Source: Marsupella aquatica (taxonomy: Eukaryota > Plantae > Marchantiophyta). From it: 64,000 bases of DNA. Both the position numbers and the translations under genes were made by a program. The DNA is taken from positions 12,489,659 through 12,553,658 of the forward strand of contig OZ316898.1 of the NCBI GenBank assembly GCA_973895155.1, in the 5' to 3' direction. Shown here one piece after another: positions 38,177 through 52,928 of this stretch; position 1 is the stretch's first letter, and the number at the start of each line of letters is the position of its first letter. Below the pieces are notes generated by a model. It saw only the letters and a list, made by a program, of their open reading frames with translations, made no database searches and was not told the origin of the DNA.

Positions 38177-40334
38177 GCTTCCTGCTGTCCGGAAAATGAA
38201 TGACTACTGTAGAAATCACCTCTGTCTGAAGCCGAGGATAGAGAAAGAAAAGAGCCGCGCACTTGAATATCGATTGACAATGTGAGCAACACGAATACCT
38301 CCGCACGAGACAGACAATCGTCACACTGCACCGAAGCAATACTTAGCAGACTGCGGTGGGAGGGGAAAGCCGCAGCGCGTGGCTTGCATACCATCACTTG
38401 ATAAAGATCCAGTCGTCGTCGCCTAAGGGTGGTAGCGTAAGGAAGAAACAGATCTCGGGAAATGAGATGCGCGGATCATTGACCGACTCGCCGGCGATCG
38501 ACGGGGAAGAAGTCCAACAAACAAAGATCGAAAATGCGGAGAAGAGGAGCGTAGCAAGAAACTACGACCACCACACCACAACCTTGCAAGCTTTGCTTTG
38601 GCTAATCAGCCACCTCTGTCTCGCCCCTTCCACACAAACGAGAGGCACTACAGCGACCTCGATCGAGAACGCGCACACAGGAGAAGGTCTGCCCTTTCCT
38701 TCACTCGGAGCCCACCTCTCTCACTCCCTCTCTACCAGTCTGCTGCTGACGAGCAGTAGTAAGGCGGTGGCTGGCTGGGCGATCGCAGCTCAAAGCAGAA
38801 GTAAAGAGGGGGGTGCTTATTTGACCCGACTGGGCAGGACCGGCAGGGGCTGCTGGTGGCAGCAGAGTACAGACCAGAGAGCCGTAACAAGAGGAGGAGC
38901 AGAGGCAGGAGGAGGCAGCCAGGCGAGGACGTGGGAGCAGCAATCGGAAAAGCAAAAAGGTCCTCCTCTCCGCTCGTTCGCTCGCTCGCTCACTCCAGCA
39001 TGGAAAAACGAGGCTACAGGAATCACTGAAACGACTCAATAATCAATCAGTGAGTCAGCCGATCAATCATTTAAAATTAATGCTAACAGTAGTATCAAAA
39101 CAACCACCCGCTCCGATTGCTACAGAGAATGTACTACGAGGCTCCGAGCGATCGAACGCGCGTATCAGAGCATGATTATTGTTCTCCTCCTCCACTTTTC
39201 CGCTCGCCTCGTCTTCCCACACTCTCCTCCAGATCCAGACAGAGCAAGCAGGGAGCAGACTCCTGTGGCCGTCTCTCTGTCCGTCGCTCTGTGCGTGTGC
39301 TTTCTGCGTGTTTTTTTCTCAGCACGTGCTCTAGTCCCAGCGAAGACATTTCTACTAGTCCGCGGTCTGCCAAGATCCGATCCGGCCTCCTTTCATTAAT
39401 TTATGCAGAGACAAATCGACCCCACTCGCCAATTCCTTTCTGCAGAAGATGCCTCCCCCTCTCGTCGCTCTTCTCTCGTCTCTCTTCTCTCGTCTCTCTT
39501 CTCCTCTTCGTCGTCTTCGTCGACCTTCGTGTCGTCGACTTCTTCCTTTTCCAAAGGTCCGCAATTCTCTCGAGAGCCGTCTCCGCGAGAGCGTTTTTAC
39601 TGCGGAGTGAAATTACCGTGACGCCCCCATAGGACGCGTTGACTGCTGGCCCAAGATTAGTATTTAGTAGGCTGGAAGTAGCGGCGCTCTGCTTATTAGC
39701 ATCCGACAAGTTCAGCACGCAACTTGGCCCCGGAGTCCTGGACGCATTAGGGGCTGCCCTTTGCACGAGGGCCTGATTTGTCCCTAGTTGAAGTACCGTT
39801 AATTAAAGAGAATTACAACAGCATGTTTTTTTAACTAAATCGCCACTTGCCATATCCGTGTATTTTTTTAAGGATTTTACTTTTTCGCCAATGTACGTGT
39901 GAAATAGAAGATGCTTGACATATTCCTTATTTGATTATTGAATGTCCAATGTGTGAAGGAGAAGATGCTCTAAATGTTTCTTATTTGATTATTTTCCTGA
40001 TCATGGAATCTCCCTAGATTAGATTTAAGGATGCCCCTTACATTCTGGCTAATGGGACCTCTGATCAAGTGGAACAAGGGCTAATGAGACAAAAAAAATC
40101 TAGCAAATTTTTGCCAAAAATGGCCAAAGCTTTTTGGGGAGATGAAATTTGGCTAATTTTCACCACTTTAAAAAAAGAGTGAGCCATATAAATGGGAAGT
40201 GTCCAATATTTTCACTTTTTCACTTTCCTCTCATCCTTCTCTTCACTCTAGTTTCATATTGCTTCACAAATTCAGGAAAGAATACTATTTAAGGTGACAC
40301 TTGGTGTAATCAAGTTTTTGTCATGACTAATGGT

Positions 40335-40670
40335 GATTTAAGAATTTTTCTTTTTGGCAAAGGTGACGAATGGCCCCAAAGTCCCAGACAAAGTAGGGGC
40401 TGTCCTTTGTGAATGCCACACGCCCCTGACTTGTCCCTGGTTCAAGTACAGTTAATTACCAGGAACTACACCAGCATAATTTTTAAGGATTTTTCGTTTG
40501 GCCAAGGTGGCGAATGGCCCTAGAGTCCCAGAAAAATGAGGGGTTGTCCTTGTGAATTACACGAGCCCCTGATTGTCCCTAGTTAACTACAGTTAGTTAC
40601 GGGGAACTACTCCAGCATGAGTTTTGTCCCTAGTTCAACTACAGTGAATTATAGGGAACTACTGTGGATA
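40335..40670. repeat. Degenerate ~145-bp tandem duplication plus a shorter partial copy
   Basis: GGC.AAGGTG.CGAATGGCCC.A.AGTCCCAGA...GTCCCT.GTT..A.TACAGTTA is repeated. Confidence 0.7.
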
Positions 40671-43600
40671 ATTATTAAACCTCCAATGAGGCCCTCACAC
40701 TGAAACGGCTCCCAACTTTACATCACAGTAAAAGTAAGAACATTAACTCTTCTTGACTTTTGCCTTCATAGGATGAATTGGTACAGTCTGTGGCAGAGTG
40801 AAAGGCATAGCAATGCAGAAAAGTGGAGGAATCATACCTTACCTCCATTGCAAAACCAGGTCTTCCTGTAGTTCTTAATTAAGGAGAGGCTTGAAACCAT
40901 TTCCTATTTCATTCAGCAATAGACCAAGGGGCTACTAATGTCTCACATGTTTTTGTAATTAAGTTTCTGGTCAAGAAAAACCACATGTTCCAGATGACAG
41001 TTGGAAGGCCATAGTCAAGAGAGGGGCAGCACATATAATCAATAGGAGGTCATGGCAAATAAAAGGATCAAGAATACGCTTGTATTCCCCGAGTCAACAG
41101 ACAAAATAAATACAATATTCCAAGTAAAGTCAGTGGTCAAGAAACTGCAACTCGTGCAGCATGTGAAATTCAGTGTCCAGTAGCCTCGCATGAGGTTTCA
41201 ATTTAATGAGCCATGCCATTAGAAAAGAGTGTCTTATACTCATGATTACTTGGTTGTTGTTTTACATACACCCAACTGAAAAAAAACAAAAAGCACCCAA
41301 CCAGGAGCACATCTCGCAGGCAAAAGACCCAATCAAAAAGAGGCAACCAAAGAGCCAAAAAGCCTGAGGGACCCTGGAAGAAATAGTCCTTTCTTTTTGT
41401 TCCCTTCTTTTTGTTCTCTTCTTTTTGTTCCCTTCTTTTTGTAATAGGGGGGCATGGCATCCACATTTTGCGTCTCTTGGAGCTTTTGTGTCTCTGTCAT
41501 GTCCTGTGTGTATGTCTCTCTTCGCTTTTGTCTGTCTGTCAATCATTCATTTCTTGCCTTTGCTTACGGGTCTCTCATATTTGCCTGTTTTTATTTCATG
41601 CCCCCATTTCACTGTCGCTTGGCCATTTATTTCACTGTCGCTTGCCTGTTTTTATTTCACTGTCTCTTGTTCACTCCAATGATCAAGACGACAAAAAAAT
41701 GAGATTTCAAAATATGGCATCTGTTTAAAATATCAGACAATGTTTTAAAAATGCTTCTGTTTACATATGTACAATCTATGGGATACTGGTCAGTTGGGTG
41801 GGAATTACATGCAACTGGAAGGTGTGTCACTATTAGTGGCCTATAACACAGTTAATCTAAACTGTCCATCTTCCTAAATTTCAGGAGAACCATTGGATAC
41901 CGCAAGTAGGGTACTAGAGAAGTAAGATGGTTTAAAACATCTCCAGTTGTGTCCTTGTATAAGTGGCAAGCCAAAGTCTTGGCCAAAAATGTGGTAAAAA
42001 TGTGCCATCCAAAAGTCTAGCACCTAGGCAATTTGACACCTATTCTATCCGAGAGTAACAATTCTGGCGTCTCTTGTCATTTAATCTGTAAAGTCTAAAC
42101 TTGCAACAGAGTGTGAGACATTATTTCTCAAATGCTAACATTGGTTTCCATGGAGGACATTTCTCCTTCAATAGAACCTTCTTCAACCCAAAATGAAGTA
42201 CTGGTGCTTAAAGGAAGTCATTTTCGTGCAGGCTTTTCTTCATCAAGAAAAAAGAGCCAGTCAGCCAGGCACCTATAGGCCAAGCAATTATGCGTGAGGA
42301 TTATGTTGTAATGGTACGAAGCAGACTGCTTAAAGCTGACATGCTGTTGACAGAACCTACAGTGTTTGTTAGTCACCTGCACAGAAACTTGATACATACT
42401 GTTTGCTTTTCAGTTTAAAAAAAGAAACATATATGTTAGTGTATAGAATGATATCAATGAACAAGAACTTCTTCACTTTCCTTGCCATCAAACACTTTTG
42501 AAAACCATACAATATTCACACTATTGTCCTTGTTACACAAATGTCTCCTCGATATTTTGGTCTACCACGCCTCAAGCCTTCACTATTAGTTGGCTCTCCT
42601 GAAATCATGGAACAAGAGTAACATCATAGTGGAGAAAGTGAGAAATGGAGACTTTAAGGTCGTGTGTTGATCTGGTATGTTCCTTGTCCACTCAGTCGTC
42701 TCAATGTGTGAAAATTTAGGTTTCACTAAAAAACTCAAGTGTCTCCTGTGTATCTTTGATATCTCTCTGCGAAAGATACACACACTCCATGAACATTGAG
42801 CAGTACAGATTGTACTCCTAATAACATGCACCCGCCCTGAAAATACAAAAAGTCACCCGTATAGTTGTATGAGGTATATGATCTACTTGTGTATGTGGCT
42901 CATCATATGGTCGCCCTATTTCCTCACCAGGTGATCGTAATCCTATATGTTATGGACACTTCTCCTTCTTTGTGGACTTCACGCGAAGAACCATCATTTG
43001 ATGCACACCCTGTTCTACCGTGAGAAACTCTCCTCCAAGTGGAAGTTGATTCACTTAACTATCATTAAAGGGTATCCCAACAAAATGTGATTGCTGGTCT
43101 CCTCCTGAATTGAAAAACCACAGCCATCATCACCTGACAGTCTCAACAAGATTAGAAACATCTTAGCCTTAAAGCTCAAAATTCACAAAAACTATCTTTG
43201 CAGTATTTGTTTGGGTGAGTGTTCCTAGTTTGCCTTGTTAGCTGCTCATACCTTGCATTGTGCAACAATGGAGAGTTGCTTAGCAATGGCGTTTTTGCAT
43301 TATCACTAAAGGAAACACTTGCATTCCAGTAGGAACTGTGCGTATCTTAGTAATTTCACAAACCTTAGGAGTAACTTGGCAAAACTGGTAACTTGGGTGG
43401 AGGTAATTTGCTAACTTTCCCAAAAAGAAATCAGTTGGGCACTTGCCTGTCTTCTCATCAAGATCCTGGCCAATAACTATAGTAGGCCCTGGACTTGTCA
43501 AAGTGCAAGAAAGACAGGGAAGGGCTGCCAACACACGCAACGCTGTTTGGACAATTTAATGTTTTTCAATGAGATTTTCAAGGCAAACAAAGCTTCTTAG

Positions 43601-46600
43601 ACAGTTTGGGATTGGCGGTGGCTAGTGGACTGTAGCTGAGAGACCAACTGTTAGGATCTAATAGTGCGGCTCAATACTCAGTCATACTAGGACAACATTT
43701 TGCCATAGGTCAAGAGTTATGGGAAGTCCTGTAAAGGTTATGGGAGCTGATTTTTTACTACAGTAAAGAAAGCTTGTGGGCTCAGCACTTAACCAATACC
43801 CTTGAATGGCTATTGCATTGGAAGTAGTGGTTACCCGAGAATGTAGGAACATATATGACAGACTGACGTCAGACTTAACTCCTGCCTTTGGGGTGGGTCA
43901 TCGTTACCTCCCCCATTTTTGAAAATACTTAACTGGTCCCACAACCAGAATAAATTATGGATAGGCCATAAATCCACAAGTGTAAACCTTTGAGAGGCCC
44001 CAAAGGTAAAATTTTACAATATTGTTGGCTAAACCGAAAAAGTCCCCCAAGACATTTTTTTTGCAATACATATGGACGCAATATTGGACTACAATCCTGT
44101 TCATTTGTTCTAAAGAGTCAACAAACCTATTCATGGCTTGTTCTAAAGAGTCAACAAACCGATTCATGATGCATGTATTTTATATTAGTATTGAGACAAG
44201 ACCATAATGACTTACTTAGGAATAGAAAAGAGATGAAAGGAAACATTTGTTTCATTTGTCTTTTGTGTTTATTTCATTCTTTTGTTTTTTTCCTTTGTTT
44301 GTTCCTTGTCATTTATTTCACTTCTTACTTTTTCCTTGGGGATTATTATTTTCTCTTGGGAGAAGGATGGGATAAAGCACTTCCAACATTGTTTTCAAAT
44401 TGAGTCTAATTCTCATGCATTACCAATAAAACACTCTCTCATTGAATATTTGCTCATTTAAGTTCAGCCTATTGTGACCAAACTCTCTTTGGTCACGGGC
44501 CTGGTACATTAAGTTGCAATTTCTGGCTACAAAAAAGTTATTGAATAGTAGGCTCAGAAACAAAGTGAGCGACTTCGTTTGATGGGACTCAGCACTGATG
44601 AGTGTCGTGTTCAGTGTCGATGACTCGATGTGCACCGTTCTCTAAAGCTCGCCTTGTCTTGTCTCAGTTTGTCACGGCTGTTAATGATCGTTATGACACC
44701 AACGAGACTATACTATTCTGCAACTTCTAAGCGTATGATGACGATGCCGCTTTGCTCTCGCACAGAGCCAGAAAAACATTCTCCGTTGCTGGGATCCAAT
44801 TTAGTTTCATCCTTTCTCTGCGGTCACTATTCAATCACTCACCTGCAAATCGTCCAGTTGGGTTGAGTTGGTGACTCCCAACTCCGCTCAGAGTCCTGGA
44901 TCGAATCTGCTATTCCACGACGGCTACAGCACAATAATTTTAAGCAAAGCTTCTGGTCTGTTTGCTCACTACTGTAGCTCCCGACTTCCCGGATCCTAAC
45001 AGGCGAGTAGGCGACCGCCCTCTGCAAGTCTGCATTGCTTTTCATGTACTGGGGTGTACAGTGCTCCCGGGAGGACATGGGTGCTATCAACCTTCCTCAG
45101 CTCAACCCACATTGAGACAAGAATCCAATGCTCTGGGGCAAATATACTGTCCAGTGTAGTAACATCTTCTACTTCATCGTCTACAGTAACTCATAACATG
45201 CTTGAATGATTAGGAAATGGAGAAATCATGTCTTGCACTGTGGGAGTTTAGGGCGTTTTTAGGTGCTAGAATTCTTGGAATTTTTGGCATCCAGCAATTT
45301 CGTAGAATAGAATACAATGCCGGTTGCATGCACTGTTGGAGTCTAGGGGTTAGAATTCCTGGAATTTGATTTTGCATCGAACAACCTAGATAATCCCATG
45401 GGAAGAAACAGAATACAATGTAGGCAGCACGAAGAAAGGACATACAAACAAGCAGGATAATCGATGGCAGGCCACAAGGCGGGCACAGAGTGACATCAAT
45501 GTTTGGTGCAGGTTTCTTTACTCAAAACCTGATTGTCCCTCGGTTGGAGCTAGCTTACAATTGACAACCATCGATCCGATTAGCAGTCCTCCCACCCACT
45601 CTTGTTCGAGCATGAATGTCTTGCTACATGGCTAAGCTCGAAACTGTTGGATCGAGATTCATACTATAGCTCCAGTTGTACATTTTTTGCCCTCTCGCCA
45701 GCAAATTCTATAGAATCATCTTGGGCATTAGATTCGACTTCGCAACTCACAACAACATTCTCCTGCTTTTGGGCTGAGACTGTTACAGAATCTACAACAG
45801 AGCTGAGCTCTACATCATGCAGTTATCTAAGCTAAGCTCTACAACAGAGCAGGCACAGTTGCACATGCAGGAGCTGGGGGTTACAGCAGTACCTGATTAC
45901 TTTTTCACCTCATGCTCTAGAACCATGGTCGTCCTTTTGTTCAAAAAGCAATCACTCTGCATGTCGTCGGAACTTAATGGGCATGACGACCCCACAGAAC
46001 CTTTGGCCCCAATAATGCACCAATGCACCAATGCCAGATGAATCCCGTATCTTGGTGGCATGGGTGACAGCATTCGCCACCCACGAGCATTGAACGACCA
46101 AACAACTTGGCTTTAGTTACATCTGACCTTTACAGAGAGGTTTAGGTGCCACCGTCCTGGATTTGAAGTTTTTTTCACTAATGATTGGAAATTTTCAAAC
46201 AAATACAAAAAGAGGGGCGGGGGGAGGAATGGATCTATTGTAGGTGCTTCTTTTTGCCTTGATAGATCCAATAGAAATATTTTCTAAGAGACAGCATACA
46301 ACAGGGCCGCCCACAAAAGGGGGGCAACACCGGGGGACTGAAGGTCAAAGTGCCAGAGGCCAGTGGAGCCGGCACCAAAATAGAATAGAGGCCTCAAACA
46401 CTGAGAGAGCTAAACAAGACTTTCAACTACTCTGGTGTTCAACTCAAGCAGCACACTCCTTAAGATTGGCCAGTGAGAAGGTGTTTCTTGAGGAAACACC
46501 TAGCAATAATTCCACTATAATACCTAATCCTGCCAAAACAATCCTGGCTATCTGATGATGGGCTTGATTTTTACCACCGTTTAATTGACACTACACCCCT

Positions 46601-49104
46601 CCTGAAGCCTGCCTGAATACCTGGCCCCGGCCCGCATGCTGCAGGGAGGGAGGGAGGGGAGAGGGGGGAAAAGAGGCAGGCAATGCCTCTTCCCTCGCCA
46701 TTGCCTGCCTTTACCCACACCTCGTCCTCCTCACGAATGGTCAAGGGCACCACACAATACCATGGCCTGGGTGGATGTGCAGTGCCATTGACTAGGTTTT
46801 ACTTGACAACATTTTGCATCAGCTGGGATATCAACAATACCCCAGATGACACTTCCTTCCCTCCCCAATGATTCATTTCCTCGCGTTGAAGACACACCCT
46901 TGCATCAATGACGCATAAGATGCCTCCCTAATTAGACTTAAAATTGTGGCTAGATTTTGCCAAAGTCAAGATTCTGATGGAGGTGGAATCTGGGGAATTC
47001 TTGACACTAGAAAGAAAGGCTGGTGCTGAGGATAAATAGTGGGTGTGGGGTGCGTAGGGGGGAGTTATGTTGGACTCTCAGGTTGAGTCCATGCTGGAAC
47101 AACATCCCCTGGTTCAACCTCAAAACTCTCCATTCTAGGGCCCATGTGATCAGCATGCATGTTCAGTGGGTCCTTCCTTTCAAGGAATTGTTCCCCATTT
47201 GGGCTGCCCGATGGACTGCCAGGCTACATTCAATGCATGCCCCTTTTGTTGATCTGCATGGGGCAACTGACCGTTCACCTTCATTGGCTTTCAAGACAAA
47301 AAAGAAGCAGAGGAAAGTCTAAAGTTTCTTTTGAAGAGAGAAATACTACGGTCAAGTCTTGTGCTCACTACCTGTAGTTAGGTTTGACCCACTTGAGTCA
47401 ATGTTACCTAAGCAAAAACATACTAGTGATATTATTGTCAACTAAACCAATGTGCTACATGATTTTTGCGTGACACAAATGAAATCAACACAACTTCAAA
47501 GAAGTAGATTTACACAATCATACACCATTACATTTGTTCTTGACAAACGAGGTGGCGGACCTTGACCCATTCCCGACCTAAGAGGCCTTCATATGCTGAG
47601 TGGGGTCTTCTTTCAGTTGTCTGGTGGTGCTCTGTGTTTCCTTCTTGTTTTTCTGGCCTTTTGGGTTTGTATTCTCTATCCCCATACAAGGAAATGTATG
47701 GCCTCTGGAATACATTTGCAGGTGCATCATTACCTTTCCTTACAAAGGAATTTAAAATGTTACAGTGATTTAGTCTTGTAGTCTTTATCAATGTGCTCCT
47801 CAGTCTGAATGCCATCGTACTTGAGATGTAACGCAAAGAAAATTCGGTCACTGTAGTTGCAGTCCATAAGTATGAAACTTTTCAAACAATTTGTCATCAA
47901 CCTGTTATACAATAAAAATAAATACTATAATAGTAATAATAATAATAATAATAATATGAAATAATATAATATACAATGAATAGCCTAAACTTTGTTAGGA
48001 GGCTCTTGAATAATTGAACCCTTTGTCCCCTTTCTTTGTCTGCGGCATGAAAAAGCTGACTCGATTATGTGTGCCTATCGTTGAGTCATTGGGATGGACA
48101 ATTGCTCATCCTAAGACACTTATTTTTCTTGTTTTGGTCCATAGTTTTGTGTTTCATTTGTTTTTCTTGTTTTGGTCCATTAATGTCATATTAATCACTA
48201 CGTCGATTATTAAATACTTATGTATGTGATTTAATAAAAGTCCGACAAAATTTGGGCGAGAGCAACAAAGGGACCTTAGAAGTCAAATCGATACATCACT
48301 TGTCACCAGGCTATCAATTTAATATTTATTGTATTAACGTGACATATATAATGAATAAATTTTATATTACACGTGGGAAAATAATTAAAATTAATACACA
48401 ATGTACACACGATACATTTAAATCTGAAAATGATTAGTTTTGAATAGTCTAATAATTATACAATTTCATGAACTCAGTTATCACTACCTCTTGTTTGTTA
48501 GAAGTCAACTTCATGACCTCAAGTATTTAAGATAATTATATGATTGATCTGTGGGACTCTGAGAGCACACATTCTGTGTCTCTGTAGGCCATTTGTGTGA
48601 CGAAGTCAATGTAGATGTGTATTTTCTGTCATGTGGCCATCTAAAATGCCATCTGATGTGTCAGCTAAAGCGTATGAAAACACTTGGAAAGGTGGATCCA
48701 GCGATTCTCAGAAAACATCCTTTAGCAATATGGTAGGCCTGTCTATTTGCCATGACTTGAGATGACAACTTTTTCATCAAATCGCAATAGTTATAAAACA
48801 GTCATCAAAACTTGCCTTTGTTATTAGTCCTATAATTACTGTAGGTACGTTGCTAATGAGTCAGTTTATATAGTAGATACATTTTGGCCCCCAGGTTGCA
48901 GGCCCTTTGGCTGAACTTTCTCAACATAAAAAGAGCCTAACTATGGCTTTGCAAGAAATTTGAAACACTTGTGATTGGTTTCACCAAGGCAAACTGGAGG
49001 GCCACGTCATAGACTCCACTCCATAAATCTTTTGAAATGAAGTCGAATGAATGTAGTTGCCAAAAGTTTGGAAATGTTTGGACCTCAGGTAGTAGTCTAA
49101 AATT

Positions 49105-49545
49105 CTCTACAATGTAAGCATTCCATATCAGCATTTTCTTGAGCAGACTATTTGCCATGTAGGATCTGTAGACACCATACTTGAATGGGCCCAGTTCTTG
49201 TAAAGGCAAATATAACAATTTCCACTCATTACATGGTCCAGATTTAAGCTTAGAGAGCTCGAGACAATGTAAGAAACAATGGGCACCTACTTCTTGTAAA
49301 GCCGTGCCACTTTCACCTAGTTCTAAAACCTTGCATGGCTACTTCTAGACAATGTAAGCCTTCCACATCAACATTTACTTGAGCCGACTATTTGCCATGT
49401 ACTGTAGGATCTGTAGACACCATATCTGAATGGGCCCAGGTATTTTAAAGGCATCTGCAACAATTTCCACTCATTACATGCATGGTCCAAAATTAATCTT
49501 AGAGAGCTAAGAGACAATAAAAGAAACAATGGGCCCCTACTTAAG
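49105..49545. repeat. Diverged ~240-bp tandem duplication
   Basis: ACAATGTAAGC.TTCCA.ATCA.CATTT.CTTGAGC.GACTATTTGCCATG...AGAAACAATGGGC occurs twice. Confidence 0.85.
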
Positions 49546-52500
49546 TAACATCGAGAGTAACATCCCACTTTCTCCTATTTATAATCCCTTGCATGTCTAT
49601 TTTGGTGTGCGTTCTTTCACACAGGGCACAATGGGATACGAGTTCACGTGTGCTGTACGACCCATGCTCCCAAACGAGCTACTATTGACGCTTGTTGGGT
49701 ACTATTCATAATTCTAGGCCATCATTCTGTTGATAATTGCAATTGTTGGCCGGTGACTTTTGAAACTGTCCTGAGTTGTGGGCACCACCTGGGATAGATG
49801 TGTCATTTGATGTGTCCTTGCCTCCTTGGTGTGACCTCTCTCCAGCCTGGGATTGCCAGACATACTGACATAGTACTCTCTGATTACTTGGAGCCTCGAT
49901 AGATATACTTTATTGCTTTTCACCTCGTTGCATTGGAAGTGTAAGTAGAGTACTGGAGCTAAGAAGAATCACTACTTCTAGAATACATGTCCCATCCATG
50001 TCATACTTGCACACTAAGTTAGAGCCTGATAGCGGTATACTTTAGTGCTTTTGAGCTATTGTATGATGCCAATAGACAAGTATTTCTGTTTTGTTATCAA
50101 GGGGAGTATTGCTAGCGAGTGGAGGGGCTCTTACTTGCTGACTTTTGTATTTTTAATGTATTTCTCAGACTCCATACTGTTAGTGGGTTAGCTAGCCAAT
50201 TTTTGCTGACTTTTGTATCTTTAGTGCATTTCTCAAACTCCATATAGTTAGCGGGTTAGCTAGCCAAAAGAGGAGGAGTCCCAAATTGAGTTTCACTAGC
50301 CAGGTTTGAAGTAAGTCTAGATTACATGTAGCACTTGGGATTCTTAGTTAGGACACTACTCTAGATGTGGACCATGAGTACAACACATTATTGCAGTAGA
50401 TAGATCTGTACCTCACTTAGTTTTTCCTCTTAAAAGGTTCTTGGGGTTTGTGTTTTGGGGGTTTGCATTTGGGCACTTCTTTTGAGTTTGGTGTTTGTCC
50501 CTCTGTGGATCTCTTTAATTGCTTTTGACACGATCTTAGTAACTTGGTCCTTTCTCTTTCTGTCTAGAATAGGCCTGCTTGTGTTCACTGTTCATACATT
50601 TGCGCAGTCAGAGTGCTGCTTCAAAACCCCAATACTGGTGCAAAGAGTGGATCATTGTAGCATGCAAAGAAACATTAAAAAAATTGCTCGCATGAGCAAA
50701 AACATTTCTCACATGACCCCTAACATGACCCCTAATTTTTCTATATCCAACTGCCTCACTAACTGGTTGATAACATCCATTTTGGGGACTCCTTTTTTTG
50801 CTAGCGATCTTGCTAGCCATCTGGAATCATGAAAACACACCAAAAATATAAAAGGCAGCAAAAAGCCAAAAAAAATAAAACCACAAGAGTCTCGCTAACA
50901 ACACTCCCCTAGCTAACAAAATTCTTGTTTGCTCGCATTATAGAATACCTCGCAAAGAGCAGAGAGGAATTATGTGCAAGCTCTTCTCGACTTGTCTCAT
51001 GGGGCACAAGTAAACAATTCAGCTCACAGCATAACTCACAGGCCAAACAAAGCGTAGTTTGCAAACCAACAGAGATCAATGTTACTTTTGGCTACAGTAC
51101 CTGTTCCCCAAAACTTATCAATTGGTTGATAACACTAATAGCTTTGAACAGTGTAAGGGGATCAGCACTATGGCTCATAGAAGCAATTGGACAAAGGTAC
51201 CAAACAGTGAACAGAGAAAGAATACATTCTTATATAAACTTGAACAGAAGGAGTTTGACATGAAGGGTTTTTCATGTGATACTTCCAAGGAACTACTTAC
51301 CTAGAAGCAAGTGCTCCTGTTTTGAATCAGGACACTTTCAGATCCAGTGAAGATATTCACTGTGATGTCTTGTAAGGGCTGAAACCTATGACATTCCCAA
51401 AGAATCAGCACTCTGAAGATTCAGTGACTTGACTTCAAAATTTTGAATGTTACATTCTTTTGCAAAAATATGTCATGGACTCTATGGTCTTTCATATCAT
51501 ATATTACACGTACTTTCTTACCACGTTCTTGTGGCACCAACTGAGGTGTCAAAGCAATGAGATTTTGGACTTCCTTGGTCAATATTGCCAGTGGAATAGA
51601 AATCCTCTCAATGTCTTTGTGGTTGACATAAACTTTTTCCAGCTTGAGCAATGGAGTTTTCATTTGCTTCTTTTCCACCAATTGGTCATATATCTGAACC
51701 ATGAGAAAGTCATAAACATTTATAGTCTAAATAACATATGACGTGCTATATGGACCAGTACAGTGTGATGTAGTGCTAGTGGAACCCTGCTGGAACGTGA
51801 AGGAAGCAAGGGGGGGGGGGGGAGGAAGCCAATCAATTATACTCGCAATTATATTTGAAAATGCAAATAATAAATCTACAACTATAATCAGGGATCCTGC
51901 TTTTTTCATCCATCGTCCCAATACAAAAAACTTCCTGGGCGGGAAGATCCACAATTGTTGTATTCATTTGGCTGTTTTACCTGACCATTGATGGAGGAAA
52001 TGGGCACCCCTGGCACATATGTGCTTCCCCATGCTGTCCCATAAATGCCCCGGCCCTACACCCTATGGGCCGGCCTCCTTGCACGGTGCAAAGCAAGGGT
52101 GCAACGCACGGGCATAAGGCTCATTAGATATAAAAAGGGGTTGAAGCAATTTGGAGATAGAAAAAAACCAAAGAAGACACCATCATAGACCCAGATTAAA
52201 ATTAAGATAATGTCAAAAAAAAGTGGCTTGAGAGACTGAAACAGAGATGCGCCATATATAGCATATAGCAGCATCAAAATTGGAATATATGTTTTGGTAG
52301 AAGAAAGGTGCGTAAAGCAGAACACGGTTGGTCATCACCTCTAGCGCTTATGGAGTATGCTAGGCTGGGACAGTTGAAGCCTGGTAGGGATCCAGCAGCA
52401 GCTTTCTGTGCCATGAGTTATGTTTGTCGTTGCAGCGCCACCACGACCGGCCTTCAGTATTGTTCTCTGCATCGGCTGGGTCTTGGATCTGCAACACACA

Positions 52501-52867
52501 GATGAGGGCGGTTCAGCAATCAGACAAGCCAAAGCCGAGCAGAGCCAGGGCATGTCCTAGACCACAAAACGGCAATAAAAATAATGTATCAAACTCTGCA
52601 GCCTAGTCCCCTGACTTCTCTCACCAGAAAGTACATGATCAAAGGAAGCACCGACCAACATAGATATTGTACAGAGGGAATTCTTACTCCAATGTAAACT
52701 TCTGATCAGATGAAGGACGACAGAGTATGGATTGCCAAGGCAAAGGACGTCAGAGTATGGATTGCCCCTTGTCTCCTCAGCAGCTTTGACGATCCTTCTC
52801 ACGTGCTGATCTGTTTCGTTCTGTGCATGATCCCAATTGTGTTCATCTTTTTCTTTTCTTTCCTTTT

Positions 52868-52928
52868 CTACTCTACTCTACTCTACTCTACTCTACTCTA
52901 CTCTACTCTACTCTACTCTACTCTACTC
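52868..52928. repeat. (CTACT)n microsatellite, ~12 units
   Basis: Read directly from the sequence. Confidence 0.97.

Noticed and set aside
38356-39766. 228-aa, 171-aa and 121-aa ORFs upstream of GMPP
   Set aside because: Low-complexity GC/CT-rich 5'UTR and promoter sequence with no recognisable domain.
42100-43560. Possible minus-strand pseudogene fragments
   Set aside because: No recognisable family and no consistent exon chain.
49700-51720. Possible hAT or other DNA-transposon remnant (faint P..W..P.L motif, repeated GCTAGC/CTCGC motifs)
   Set aside because: Too decayed; no TIR or TSD could be defined by eye.
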